Origin: Bdellovibrionota bacterium
GTDB lineage: Bacteria; Bdellovibrionota; UBA1018; CAIPTA01; JAALKR01
Direction of reading: 5' to 3'
DNA length: 64,000 bases
Assembly: GCA_965207455.1 (NCBI GenBank)
Contig: CBDBMJ010000001.1
Location: 416,001-480,000, forward strand
How positions within the stretch are numbered: the first letter of the stretch is position 1; every line of letters begins with the position of its first letter. A program made the position numbers and the translations under genes. The notes below the pieces were generated by a model. That model worked only from the letters and a program-made list of their open reading frames with translations, was not told the origin of the DNA and searched no databases. Below, one piece after another: positions 43,659 through 53,933 of the stretch.

Positions 43659-45004
43659 CCAATTACAGAAAATAACTACGGTTTTCTGACGCACTGGGAC
43701 CGGTGTTTTTGATAAAATGGGGTTATTCTTTTTGAGTGCTAAAAATAAAGGAACTAACCAGTAAAATTCATGATTATAATTTCTTAGCTACCTACAAGGT
43801 GGAAAGAAATGCGTCAATAAAAGTCAAGTTGCTGGCTCTATTAAATTTTCAAGAAGGGAAAACAGTCGAGGAAGTTGCATGTATTGTTCGGTATAGTGAC
43901 AAATCTGTGAAATCTTGGCTAGAGCGTTTTGCAGCCTATGACTATGAGGGTCTTATATGTAGAGAAGGTCGTGGCAGAAAGCCTCGCTTACCCCCTGATG
44001 CAGAGGAATCATTTAAATTAGAGCTGGATAAGCTCCAAGAATCTAAGGATGGTGGAAGGATAACAGCTTGGGAGATTCGGGATTTATTAGCGAATAAATT
44101 CGACTCCTGTTATTCGTTATCGGGAGTGTATGCTCTCCTAGATAGGCTTAATATTGTTTGGATATCCGGACGTTCCAAGCACCCTAAGTGTTCTCAAGAA
44201 GCAATTGAACAGTTTAAGGCAAATTTCCCAGAGGCAACGGAGAAAATAAAAGAAAAGCTGGATTCTGAAAAAATAGAGATTTGGTGGCAAGATGAATGCC
44301 GGGTAGGGCAACAGGGAAGTCTTTCTAGAATTTGGGCTGCGAAGGGAACAAGACCAAGGGTCGTGCGCCAGAGACAATTTTTATCGACCTATATTTTTGG
44401 AGCAGTTTGCCCAGACAGAGATGTTGGCTGTGCACTTATTTTGCCGGAATGTAATTCTGGAATGATGCAAATTCACTTGGGTCAAATTTCCGAAGAAGTT
44501 CAAGAGGGGTACCATGGGATTATTCTAATGGATAGGGCAAGCTGGCATACAACAGAAGCATTGATTATTCCTAAAAATATTTCCTTAATGCCACTACCTC
44601 CATATTCCCCAGAACTCAATCCTATGGAACAAGTATGGCAACAGCTCCGGAAAATAAAATTATCTAATACTTGTTTTAAAAACTATGAGCATATTGTGAA
44701 TACCTGTTGTGAAGCATGGAATACATTCTGTGATAGTGACGGCAATATTAAGAAGCTCTGCACTCGGTCGTGGGCAAATCTTTAGAAACTCTCATATTTT
44801 AAGATCCATTCCGCAAAAAGACGTGGCTTGAGTCTATTACAGGCAGTTCATATCTATGAGGTCAGATGAAAAATGACTTAATTTTATCCAGATGGTGAGC
44901 CATCCGGGGAATCTGCCAGTACACTTTCGTATTATCGAACGGATATATCAAGTTCTACGGATCGTCACACCGTAAAGCCGTAGTTATTTTCTGTAATTGG
45001 TATA
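43655..45004 (+). mobile_element. IS630-family element (transposase 43736..44785)
   Basis: WWQDECRVG, MDRASWH and LPPYSPELNPME motifs; perfect 27-bp IR TATACCAATTACAGAAAATAACTACGG including the TA target. Confidence 0.95.
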
Positions 45005-45085
45005 AAGCTGTAGATGTGCATTTTGCATGTTATTATCAAAATTAGAAGATTTTTTTTAAACACAACATAATGAAGGGAAATATAC

Positions 45086-45691
45086 ATGAAAAGAATATTA
45101 TTGTTATTAATTATTACTATGGTTCCTATTACAGCCTTTTGTGCTGGTTCAATACAGAGGGTGAGCGCAACAGGAACCAGCATGGATGTAATTTTATCAT
45201 CAACTTTAAGTAGCTATGAGGATCAATCTACAAAACAAACAGTAGGGAATGAATCAGATTTTAGACAATCTTTCTTTGAAAATGGACACTCCTGCGTAAT
45301 TTTAATAGATAGAACTGTAAAATGCTGGGGAGATAATACATATGGGCAATTGGGTGATGGTACTGTAAAGAGTAGCTTAACACCAGTTACAGTTCTTGAT
45401 TTAACGAATGTACGTCAAATTGCCTTGGGAGGTTTTCATACCTGTGCACTTTTAATTGACAACACTGTAAAATGCTGGGGAGGTAATTGGTTTGGGCAGT
45501 TGGGTAATGATAAGGTCAGCTATAGTTCAATACCAGTTGTGATTTCTGCTTTAACGAATCTGCAAGTAGTTGAAATTTATTTAGGAGACCTTTATACTTG
45601 TGTGGTTTTAGATTCCGATGATGCTTTCCTTCCTCCTCGTGAGGTTACTCTTTCTTCCAATGAAATGTGCTGGGGAGTTACACTAGATTAG
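45086..45691 (+). CDS. Short secreted RCC1-repeat protein
   Basis: Signal peptide; TVKCWG.N..GQLG repeats. Confidence 0.8.
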   Translation: MKRILLLLIITMVPITAFCAGSIQRVSATGTSMDVILSSTLSSYEDQSTKQTVGNESDFRQSFFENGHSCVILIDRTVKCWGDNTYGQLGDGTVKSSLTPVTVLDLTNVRQIALGGFHTCALLIDNTVKCWGGNWFGQLGNDKVSYSSIPVVISALTNLQVVEIYLGDLYTCVVLDSDDAFLPPREVTLSSNEMCWGVTLD

Positions 45692-45774
45692 GGAAGATTT
45701 GAGAAAAACTAACTTATTATAAAGATGTATTTATAATGTTTTTCTTGGTTCTGATTGGCAAAACATGAAACAAA

Positions 45775-45812
45775 AAATCCTCTGTGCTATTGCTAAACAG
45801 AGGATTTATTTT
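45775..45812. terminator. Probable bidirectional terminator
   Basis: AAATCCTCTGT...ACAGAGGATTT between convergent genes. Confidence 0.6.
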
Positions 45813-45947
45813 TGACCTAGTGGGAAGTTTCCCCCCTCTAGTTCCTATTACTGAGATCTAACAGTAAGCCCTGGCATTCTAGTCTAAATCGATCTCGTTT
45901 TTATTACTCATCTCATTTTTCCTTTCGTTATGAGTCTAATATAGCGT

Positions 45948-46553
45948 TTAATGTTGCTGGATTCTTTTTCGTCTTTCGTCTAAGGTTTCGCCTTTATACA
46001 TCCAATAAGCTGGTCCTTGTACGCCATGTTTAGCATCCAACAATTCTGTAGCTATGGCGCTTAAGCTTCCCATCTTCCCGTTACACTCAATATTTCTGTT
46101 ATCTATGACTTTGGCTTTTATACCTTCATCACGAGAAAAGTATATTTCAGAATCTATGGGGATTTCGGCTAATTGAAAATTGAATGCTGACCGTCTTTCC
46201 TTAACTGAAACTAATGATCTCTCAATTTCTTCTATATTTTCTTTTTGGTTATCTAATACAATTTTTTTAGGGGTGACATCTTCAATAGATAGCATTTTTA
46301 AGATGGCATAAACTTGTTCGGGAAGAATTTCAAAAAATTCGCGATTTTTTTGAACTCTATATTTTGAAAAGGCATTATGAAGATTTTTTTCTACTTCATT
46401 GGCATTTTTCACTCGACAAGCAAAAAAGCACTCAAAGGGAAAAGGAATGTTTGTGCTGTATAGTTGCTTGAGTCGGTTTTCTAAGTTTTGGGTTTGACCA
46501 ATTTTTACATAATCAGGCATAGACTCATTGGTTAGAACATAAACGATATCCAT
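45948..46553 (-). CDS. GIY-YIG (T5orf172-like) protein
   Basis: IVYVLTNESMPDYVKIG, RLKQL, EKNLH and REFF motifs. Confidence 0.85.
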   Translation of the reverse strand: MDIVYVLTNESMPDYVKIGQTQNLENRLKQLYSTNIPFPFECFFACRVKNANEVEKNLHNAFSKYRVQKNREFFEILPEQVYAILKMLSIEDVTPKKIVLDNQKENIEEIERSLVSVKERRSAFNFQLAEIPIDSEIYFSRDEGIKAKVIDNRNIECNGKMGSLSAIATELLDAKHGVQGPAYWMYKGETLDERRKRIQQH

Positions 46554-46611
46554 CTAAAATTTCTCCTTTAATTTCCCAGCTTATCACAGCTAAACCACAG
46601 TCGAAAAAATA

Positions 46612-47274
46612 CTACATGATTTCATTCATTGTAATATTAAACGTTCCCACCTTTATACCGGACCCGGTGTTATTAGCTTGGAAATCTACGATCACATTCT
46701 CTCTTTGCGTTGCTGTTAGTCCTTGGAGAATTCTGTCATCTTTGTTGAGATTATTTCCCTTAAAGTACACTTGGGTTGTTAGTTCTCTAAAACCTCTGAG
46801 ATGGGCTTTTAGGTGGATATGGGGCGGACGTGTCCAATCACGCGTGGCCTTATATTCTCCAGGTATAATTGTTTTAAAGCTATATTCACCCTTCTCATTG
46901 GTAGTGGCTCGACCCCAATATTGAAAGTTACGATCAAGTTCTGCTGTGTTGGGGTCGCCGCTATGGTTGTATTTCCCTGTTTTACAGGCTTGCCATATTT
47001 CCACTAAAGCACCTTTAATTGGCGTGCAACTTTCATTTTGTACAACACCCTTAAGAATAACCACTTCTCCTAAAGCTTTTTCTGTTGAGCCTTGGATATT
47101 TGTCAAATCTCTATCTTTATCTTTTTGATCTACTTCTGGATAAAATGGTCCTGAAGTTTGTTGAGGTGTTAAAAAGCAGCTCTCTGCTTTGCTGATACCG
47201 CTTGTAATAGCAAGTATGGAACCTGCCGACAAGGCTGTCTTTTTTATATAATTTCTTCTGCTTAGTTTTTTCAT
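46612..47274 (-). CDS. Intradiol dioxygenase, second copy
   Basis: Highly similar in DNA and protein to 1976..2635. Confidence 0.88.
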   Translation of the reverse strand: MKKLSRRNYIKKTALSAGSILAITSGISKAESCFLTPQQTSGPFYPEVDQKDKDRDLTNIQGSTEKALGEVVILKGVVQNESCTPIKGALVEIWQACKTGKYNHSGDPNTAELDRNFQYWGRATTNEKGEYSFKTIIPGEYKATRDWTRPPHIHLKAHLRGFRELTTQVYFKGNNLNKDDRILQGLTATQRENVIVDFQANNTGSGIKVGTFNITMNEIM

Positions 47275-47534
47275 AATTTCTCCTATTTATTTATAAAAAG
47301 ATACACTGCGCATCTCTTTTATTAGGAGCACCATAATCCTACTTATTACTTTGTGTCAATGATTTTTAACTGACTCGACGCGCCTTTACTAACAGAAGGC
47401 TCTATGCAATAAGCGCATAGTATCAGATGGGTTGTCGAGTCAAGTCGCTTGCTCATATCGGAAGTGACGCTAGGTATTCTGACAATTTAGCTTCCTTCAA
47501 ATAAATTAACTGTCAGAAAGAAAGGGAAATAGAA

Positions 47535-48014
47535 ATGATAAAAACTAATAATATGGGAACGTTACTTTTAACAACATTGGTCGGGGTAGTTTTTGCTACG
47601 TCAACCGCATCTTTTGCACAAGGTGATCCAAGGGCGGATTATGTTTCTTGTGTTGGGAAAGGTCTTAAGGCAGGGGGGTATAAACTTACTCTTGAGATGG
47701 CTGATCCTCGCACTACCAAATACCCCAATGTAAAGACGTTTACTCTTGCAGAGGATGGCAGCGTTACTTATATGCTTTGGGGTCAGGAATGTAAAGGGGA
47801 GTGTACTAGAAAGAAGGGTCTAAGCTTACACTACGATGTATATTTTGATTTCGAGGCACTCCCAGGTACTGGTGGTGGATGCAGCAATGCAAGTTTCCAG
47901 CTCAATGTGGCAGACCTTCCGAGAGAGCAAGATGGAAATGCGTATACAGTAATGATGGAAGGAGTAAGTAACTTCGGGCGACATATCGGTGGATTACTTG
48001 AAAAAGTAGAATAG
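47535..48014 (+). CDS. Hypothetical secreted protein
   Basis: Signal peptide ending ASFA; four Cys. Confidence 0.7.
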   Translation: MIKTNNMGTLLLTTLVGVVFATSTASFAQGDPRADYVSCVGKGLKAGGYKLTLEMADPRTTKYPNVKTFTLAEDGSVTYMLWGQECKGECTRKKGLSLHYDVYFDFEALPGTGGGCSNASFQLNVADLPREQDGNAYTVMMEGVSNFGRHIGGLLEKVE

Positions 48015-48112
48015 TGGAAATACGGTTATGGGGGGAGCGTACTCCCCTCAAACTGTATGTCGACCAAGCACTCAATTTTTTTATTCTTCGTGCGATAATT
48101 TTAAATATCTTG

Positions 48113-48140
48113 AAAGTTTCCGTTTTTTCGGGAAAGATCA
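48113..48140 (-). mobile_element. Solo IS3-family terminal inverted repeat
   Basis: Reverse complement TGATCTTTCCCGAAAAAACGGAAACTTT is 27/28 identical to 34573-34600. Confidence 0.8.
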
Positions 48141-48161
48141 TTTGGAGTATAAGCATAGAGG

Positions 48162-49919
48162 GTGAAAATAATGAGTCGTATTATTTGGATCTTAGTTTTA
48201 TTTATTGAATTTGCTTATTTTTCAAGTGGGTTATTATTAGCCAAAGCCTCAGAACCCAAAAGTTCTGGTTTATTAATAGAATTTGCTGATGATACTGTAA
48301 GCAGTCAAAGAAATCAAATTCATTCAAAATATCAAATGAAACTGGTCTATAGGTCGGAGACCCTGCCGGTAGACTCCATAGTGCCTATTAAATCTTACCA
48401 TATCAGTGACACGAAATATTTAAATAAATTATGCGAAAAGTATCGAATAGAGATAGGTGTTTTAACTTGTGAAATAAATAGGATTTATCCTCTTATCAAA
48501 GAAAAAGTTCTAGATAGGCGTTCAATTTTTGATCACACAGGTCGCTCATATATGCGATCACTAAGTGAAGGTTTACTCAATCTCTCCCGGTTGATTTTTT
48601 CACCTGGGTCTAGAAAATGTGAATTAGTAAGAGTTACAGGTCTTCCGCAAGTTCATGAGGGATTGTCGCCGTTATGGTCACAAGAATATATCGGAGCCGG
48701 ACTTGCTCGCAAACTTGTCAGACAAACAGTAGGCACCAGTGAGATAAGGATAGCTAATGTTGATGCTGGTGTTTCTCGAAGCCATCTTACTGGAAAAATC
48801 TCAGATGATATTGATTGGGATAAGCTAAAAAACGGAATATTTAAGTACCATGGGACTTCTGTTGCAAACCTAATCAACGGAAGAGAGCCTATCGGTGTGG
48901 CTGAAAAAGGACTCCTATCAGATATAATTGATGTATACACTCACTTGACACTTCTTCCTGCTGTAGATCAAATTAGCAGGAGTAAACCAAGTCTAGTGAA
49001 TCTTGAAATACATACGTTATGTGAATTGACTGCATGTCATTTTCCTAGCTTTGAGGCGCCAACTATTCTTAAACGTCTTATAAAGCAAATGACTGAAAAT
49101 AGTATAGTTGTTGCTGCTGCTGGAAATCACCATCCATACGGTTCAATTACGGATGCTTCAGATGGACTCGACTTAATACTAGTGGGAAATCTAAACTCTT
49201 ATGGGATTGTTGATGGTGATTCAGATGAGTCTGAAAATGTTGTAATCACAGGACCGGCAGGGGGACGCCAGATGACAGAGAATGCTAAAGGTTTATACCC
49301 AAGGTTTGGAGGAACAAGTGGAGCTACTCCATTAGTTACAGGAGCAATAGCAAATGTCAAAGCCATCCTTTCTGATTTATCGTTTGATGAAGTGAAAGTT
49401 CTTTTACAAAAGACTGCAATTCCCACATCAAATATTTATCAACAACCACTCAAAAATGGAGCTGGTATGCTGAATGCTTTCAAACTTGTAAGGGTGGCAT
49501 TAAGACTTAAAGAATTGGGATGGCCAGAATTCAGAAGTGAACTATTAGCAGCAGACTCGAGTTTTGATTTTCGTGAAGATGCCACCAACTTGCGGCGGGA
49601 AGCAAGAAGCTTAATTGAAAGTGAGAATTGCAACGATCAACAACGTGCTTTGGAAATGCTTAGAAAATCATTTTTATTGATGCCTGATGAAACAACAGGG
49701 AATTTATTAGCAGAAATTTATGAACAAGAGGGATTTCTAATAAATGCACAGTTTTATTGGAATTTTAATGAAGGTACGCTTAAACAATTTCTTGACATAG
49801 TTACAGACTCCTCGGACGATCCGACATTACCTCTAACTTTGGAAGACAGAAGAGCAATTAAACGTGCAAAAAATAGTCTTTCTTTCCAACTGGCAATAGA
49901 TAGGGGTTGTCTAACTTGA
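48162..49919 (+). CDS. Subtilisin-like S8 serine peptidase
   Basis: VDAG, HGTSVANLI, AAAGN and GGTSGATP catalytic motifs; signal peptide. Confidence 0.88.
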   Translation: MKIMSRIIWILVLFIEFAYFSSGLLLAKASEPKSSGLLIEFADDTVSSQRNQIHSKYQMKLVYRSETLPVDSIVPIKSYHISDTKYLNKLCEKYRIEIGVLTCEINRIYPLIKEKVLDRRSIFDHTGRSYMRSLSEGLLNLSRLIFSPGSRKCELVRVTGLPQVHEGLSPLWSQEYIGAGLARKLVRQTVGTSEIRIANVDAGVSRSHLTGKISDDIDWDKLKNGIFKYHGTSVANLINGREPIGVAEKGLLSDIIDVYTHLTLLPAVDQISRSKPSLVNLEIHTLCELTACHFPSFEAPTILKRLIKQMTENSIVVAAAGNHHPYGSITDASDGLDLILVGNLNSYGIVDGDSDESENVVITGPAGGRQMTENAKGLYPRFGGTSGATPLVTGAIANVKAILSDLSFDEVKVLLQKTAIPTSNIYQQPLKNGAGMLNAFKLVRVALRLKELGWPEFRSELLAADSSFDFREDATNLRREARSLIESENCNDQQRALEMLRKSFLLMPDETTGNLLAEIYEQEGFLINAQFYWNFNEGTLKQFLDIVTDSSDDPTLPLTLEDRRAIKRAKNSLSFQLAIDRGCLT

Positions 49920-50091
49920 TGGTGTGCGCGCTGTTCCTCGACTGCTTTGCTTAGAGATTCCTTAGTGCCAAGAGCAAAAGGACCGCATTTTTTTTGTGCA
50001 GTCCTTTTTCTGTACGTCTGAAATTTTTACCTTCTAGTCCAAAGGGATCTCTAAAAAGTTAAAGCCTGGGATTTATCTACTCACTAGAACC

Positions 50092-50790
50092 TTAAATGTC
50101 CCTCTCTCCCCCATCACGAAAAGCAACTGACCTTAACTCTCTCTCTGAATATGAGCCACGTCTACGAAGTTTTTTAAGAAGTCTTAATTCTCTTTTTGTA
50201 TTGATAAAGGTTGACCACCTTAGCTCCCATTCATAGTAGCTATCATCAGAGACTATTAAAAAGGCTTTGCGTGCAAAACGATTATTAACTCTTGTTGCCC
50301 ACCTCAGTTCCCACTCGTGATAACTAGCATCAGTTACGTCTTGAAACGCTAATAACGCATCAGGATTATTGACTCTTGTTGCCCACTGCATTTCCCACTC
50401 GTAATAGCTTATATCTCGAATATCCTTGAACGCTTCGAGAGCATAGTAGGAACAAATTTGGTTAGCTAAGTATATTTCCCAGTTTTGAGAATTACCATCC
50501 ATGACAAGTTCTAGTGCCCGATTAGAATAGTACTCGCATGAGTACCTTCTTTCGGCTTGAGTATTATCATCACTGTCTTGTCGGTTAGGCTCATATTTAT
50601 CCTCATCAAGAGGAACATGGACATTAAGCGTTACTCCACCTGTTCCCACTTGAATATTTTGCTCTAAATCACTGGGATTAATATTTACGCTTGTATCTTT
50701 ACTTGCCGCACCATTACCATAGCCTGTTGTTGGTAATGCCACAGCAAATGCGATTAGCATCATTATTGTTAGTATATTTCTGTTTTTCAT
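50092..50790 (-). CDS. Secreted protein with ~29-aa Trp-rich repeats
   Basis: Signal peptide; SY[YH]EWE[ML].W repeated three times. Confidence 0.75.
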   Translation of the reverse strand: MKNRNILTIMMLIAFAVALPTTGYGNGAASKDTSVNINPSDLEQNIQVGTGGVTLNVHVPLDEDKYEPNRQDSDDNTQAERRYSCEYYSNRALELVMDGNSQNWEIYLANQICSYYALEAFKDIRDISYYEWEMQWATRVNNPDALLAFQDVTDASYHEWELRWATRVNNRFARKAFLIVSDDSYYEWELRWSTFINTKRELRLLKKLRRRGSYSERELRSVAFRDGGERDI

Positions 50791-50910
50791 AATTTTCTCT
50801 CCTTCATTAAGTTGTTGTTAGTTGTTATTTTAAAAAATGCACTACACATTCCTTTTGTTGAGTTACTTAATAATTGAAGTTTTTATATGTGTCAACACTT
50901 TTTTGATTGA

Positions 50911-52563
50911 TGTAAGCGCAAAACTAAAACTTCACACCTCCGAGCAAAACTAAAAGATCACACCACGGTGTAGCATTTTTTGAAGTCAAAATCCAGTTTC
51001 CGACTTGTTTTCTTTTATATTTTCCCTTATTCAACTCCTTGCGACATAGAGGTATTCCCTCGCTTTATGAAGGATGTCCGTTGAACGATCTCCGTGGGTC
51101 CAATCGACTTTTCGTGATAGTTCTGATTTCAGTGAGGCATAGGTGTCTGTGAGGCATCCGCTCCCAATGATGATAGTGAGGCGAGGTCTGTGGTGTATCC
51201 ACCCCTAAATGATATTAGTGAAGCATGGGTTTGTGGGGCAACTCTGGTTTTAACAGCCGGTCTACTTCCTGGTTTATGGTTTTATCACTACTTAGAGCTG
51301 GTCTTGGCTTCCTATTAATAATCTCATAGTCTAATGGCTTGCCTTTAAAATCTAATTCTACTCTACCATCACGATAGGTGAGGACAGTTATTCTTTGACC
51401 CTTGAGGTGATGACCTCCACCATTACTTTTAATTTGGTATAAACAACTTTTATGTTGGATCGAAAGATTTTTACTTATAACTCTTTCCTCCTTCCATGTA
51501 AGGAGTCTATCCAGTCCTCTGTTTACCCAGCCTCTTGCATCTCTATGAACATCTTCCGTGACCTCATGACCCCAACGCCTATTGTATCCCTCTATGAATT
51601 CTGGAAGATAAGCATTGGCCTCCTCGATAGTACTAATCTGTTGTAAGCGCATAGCTTTTAGCAAGCGATCCTGTAGGGTTCTATTCACTCTCTCCACTCG
51701 ACCCTTAGCTTGAGGAGAATAGGCATTAATAGACTTAATACCTAGCTCATGTAAAACAGAACCAAACTGAGTGTACTTAACACCTTGGTTCCTTTTTTCA
51801 GAGGTAGCTACCGAGAATATTCCATGTCTATCGTGGTAAAAAGCTCTGGGAATCCCATATTTTTTTATATATTTTTCCAAACACTCCATGTATGCAAAGG
51901 CTGTTTCAGCAGGAGAAAAATGGCATATTATCTTGCTGCTAGCATCGTCTACAAAAACAATCAAACAGCACTTAGGACCTCTTTTCTCAAACCAAGCATG
52001 ATGGGTTCCATCTATTTGCACCAATTCACCACTCCCTTCTCTCCGTTCACGATAAGAGTGTATTCGTTTTGATTTCGATTTACGAGGTTCCCATAAACCC
52101 CAATCCGTCATCCATTCTCTTAAAGTTTCCTTGGAAATTTTAATTCCAAATTTCTCTAACAAAGTCTCCGACATCAAAGTGGGTCCAAAGCCTTCATAAA
52201 TTTTTTCACTAACAACCTTATTTATACAATCCTTAAAATCATCCGTGAACTTTCTCGTATTTGACTTTCCAACCCGCTTAGAAACTAAAGCCCTAGCACC
52301 ATCCCTGCGATATATCTTGAAGAGGTAATTCACCCATTTTCGGCTTAAACCAAGCCTTCTAGCAGCCTCTGATTGTGTTATCAGACCTGACGCAATGTCC
52401 CACATCGCCTTCTCCCTATCCCTGATCTTTTTCATCATCTTAATCTCCATTTCCATTTCCATTGATGCGTCCTCCCTTAAATTGTTGATAATAAAGAAGA
52501 TTATACACCGTGGTGTGAAGTTTTAGTTTTGCAGAGGTGTGAAGTTTTAGTTTTGCGCCTACA
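50911..52563 (-). mobile_element. IS481/ISNCY-like element (transposase 51215..52462)
   Basis: GELVQIDGT.H.WFE, YHDRHG and SPQAKGRVER motifs; IR TGTA[A/G]GCGCAAAACTAAAACTTCACACCTC (29/30) with internal repeats; no target duplication seen. Confidence 0.9.
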
Positions 52564-53072
52564 GGCTTTAATTTTAAGTGTAGGGGCACGAATTGACTCA
52601 CAAAAAACGTCACCAAAATGGCTTTGAGAACAGTGAGTCTCCTAACTTGATAGTGTGATTAGAAAAAAATAAATCAATAATTTAGAAGTTTTTTGGTGTC
52701 CAGAGACGGCAGCAAGCAGCATTAAGTGTAAATTATTGAAATTATTAAAAACACAATAAAAACAAAAATATACATTTCCCGAACGGTTCTGCGGGTTCCC
52801 ACTGGAATCTGATAATTCCTCTACTTTCCCAGCTAATCACACCGAAATCACACCAAAATCGATTTTTATTTTGGTGCCCAGAATCCTGTAACAGAAAAAT
52901 CCATACTAGAAAAAACTCCAGCAGAAGGGCGTCGGTGCGACTAGCTGGAAATATAAGATGCAGTATATTGTTGGCTTAGGAGATTTTAAGCGCAAAAAAA
53001 GCCCTCTTCATTTCTAAAGAAGGCTTTTATATTCGGAATAACTTGTAGCCAGTTATTGTATTTACACTTTTT

Positions 53073-53561
53073 TTATTGCTGATACCACCGATTGAATATA
53101 GGCGACCATATTCCACTTTCCACAGCACAACTCAATTGCGAAAAATTGAGAGAAGTCCTAATATTAGCAGTTATTCGACCCGCCACTCCTATTGCATATG
53201 TTCCACCTGAAGTTGCAAAGGCAGTGGAAATGTAACTAAGCGTTGCGGCAGAAGCTTTAGCAATCGCTCCAACAATAATACCCGTCCCTGTTACTGCAAA
53301 TACTACTAGCCCCCCCACACTTAATGCTTCTGAAGCGTCATATAGTCTAAAGAATTTTCTCCAAACCTCTTGCTCTCCACCGCACCTTTCCACCAATTCG
53401 TCCAGTACTTCTGCAGGGTACCTTTCCCTCATAAACTCTGCTCCCCTAGAGTCTCCAGTAAACCCAGCAGGTGGTGAGGGTTCATTAGCATATCCAACTG
53501 TCGGTAATGCTATGGCAAGCACCATTGCTATTATTGTTGTTATATTATTTTTCTTCTTCAT
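53073..53561 (-). CDS. Secreted protein with Gly/Ala-rich hydrophobic segment
   Basis: Signal peptide ending ALPTVGYA; AAGGAG RBS. Confidence 0.72.
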   Translation of the reverse strand: MKKKNNITTIIAMVLAIALPTVGYANEPSPPAGFTGDSRGAEFMRERYPAEVLDELVERCGGEQEVWRKFFRLYDASEALSVGGLVVFAVTGTGIIVGAIAKASAATLSYISTAFATSGGTYAIGVAGRITANIRTSLNFSQLSCAVESGIWSPIFNRWYQQ

Positions 53562-53675
53562 TATATTGCTCCTTTATTATTTGTTAATTTTCATTGCCAA
53601 AACAGCGCATTGCGCTAATTCAGTGGACCCATCATTCCACAATGCGATGCATTAGTCAAGAATTGTTTTGATTTT

Positions 53676-53750
53676 GTAGGGGCAAAAGGAAAGATCACAC
53701 CACGGTGTATAATCCTCTTTATTATTAACAACTTAATAGGGAGGGCGCAT
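53676..53750 (+). mobile_element. Solo left-end remnant of the IS481-like element
   Basis: TGTAGGGGCAAAAG...TCACACCACGGTGTATAATC.TCTTTATTA..AACAA..TAA...GGAGG.CGCAT matches the reverse complement of 52462-52563. Confidence 0.75.
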
Positions 53751-53813
53751 TAAAGGGTCTCCTAACTTGATGGTGTGCGCGCCGTTTCTCGGCTGCTTTG
53801 CTTAGAAGTTTCT

Positions 53814-53889
53814 TGGTGCCCAGAGACGGAATCGAACCGCCGACACAAGCCTTTTCAGGGCTCTGCTCTACCGACTGAGCTATCTGGGC
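53814..53889 (-). tRNA. tRNA-Phe (GAA)
   Basis: GCCCAGATAGCTCAGTCGGTAGAGCA...CTGAAAA...GGTTCGATTCCGTCTCTGGGCACCA, 76 nt. Confidence 0.97.
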
Positions 53890-53933
53890 GTTTGTCGCTG
53901 TTTTAGTTAGAATGAACAAAAGTGTTAAAGAAA

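Noticed and set aside
35225..45004. CRISPR-associated transposon (CAST) interpretation
   Set aside because: Cas9 is catalytically intact, there is no TnsABC/TniQ, and the neighbouring ISs have their own complete IRs.
48060..48068. TCGACCAAG resembling the anti-repeat
   Set aside because: Too short, with no extension of complementarity.
49909..49975. GTCTAAC at the S8 gene end as an integron attC site
   Set aside because: No matching GTTRRRY end or attC hairpin and no integron integrase; better explained as a copy of the tRNA-Phe flank.
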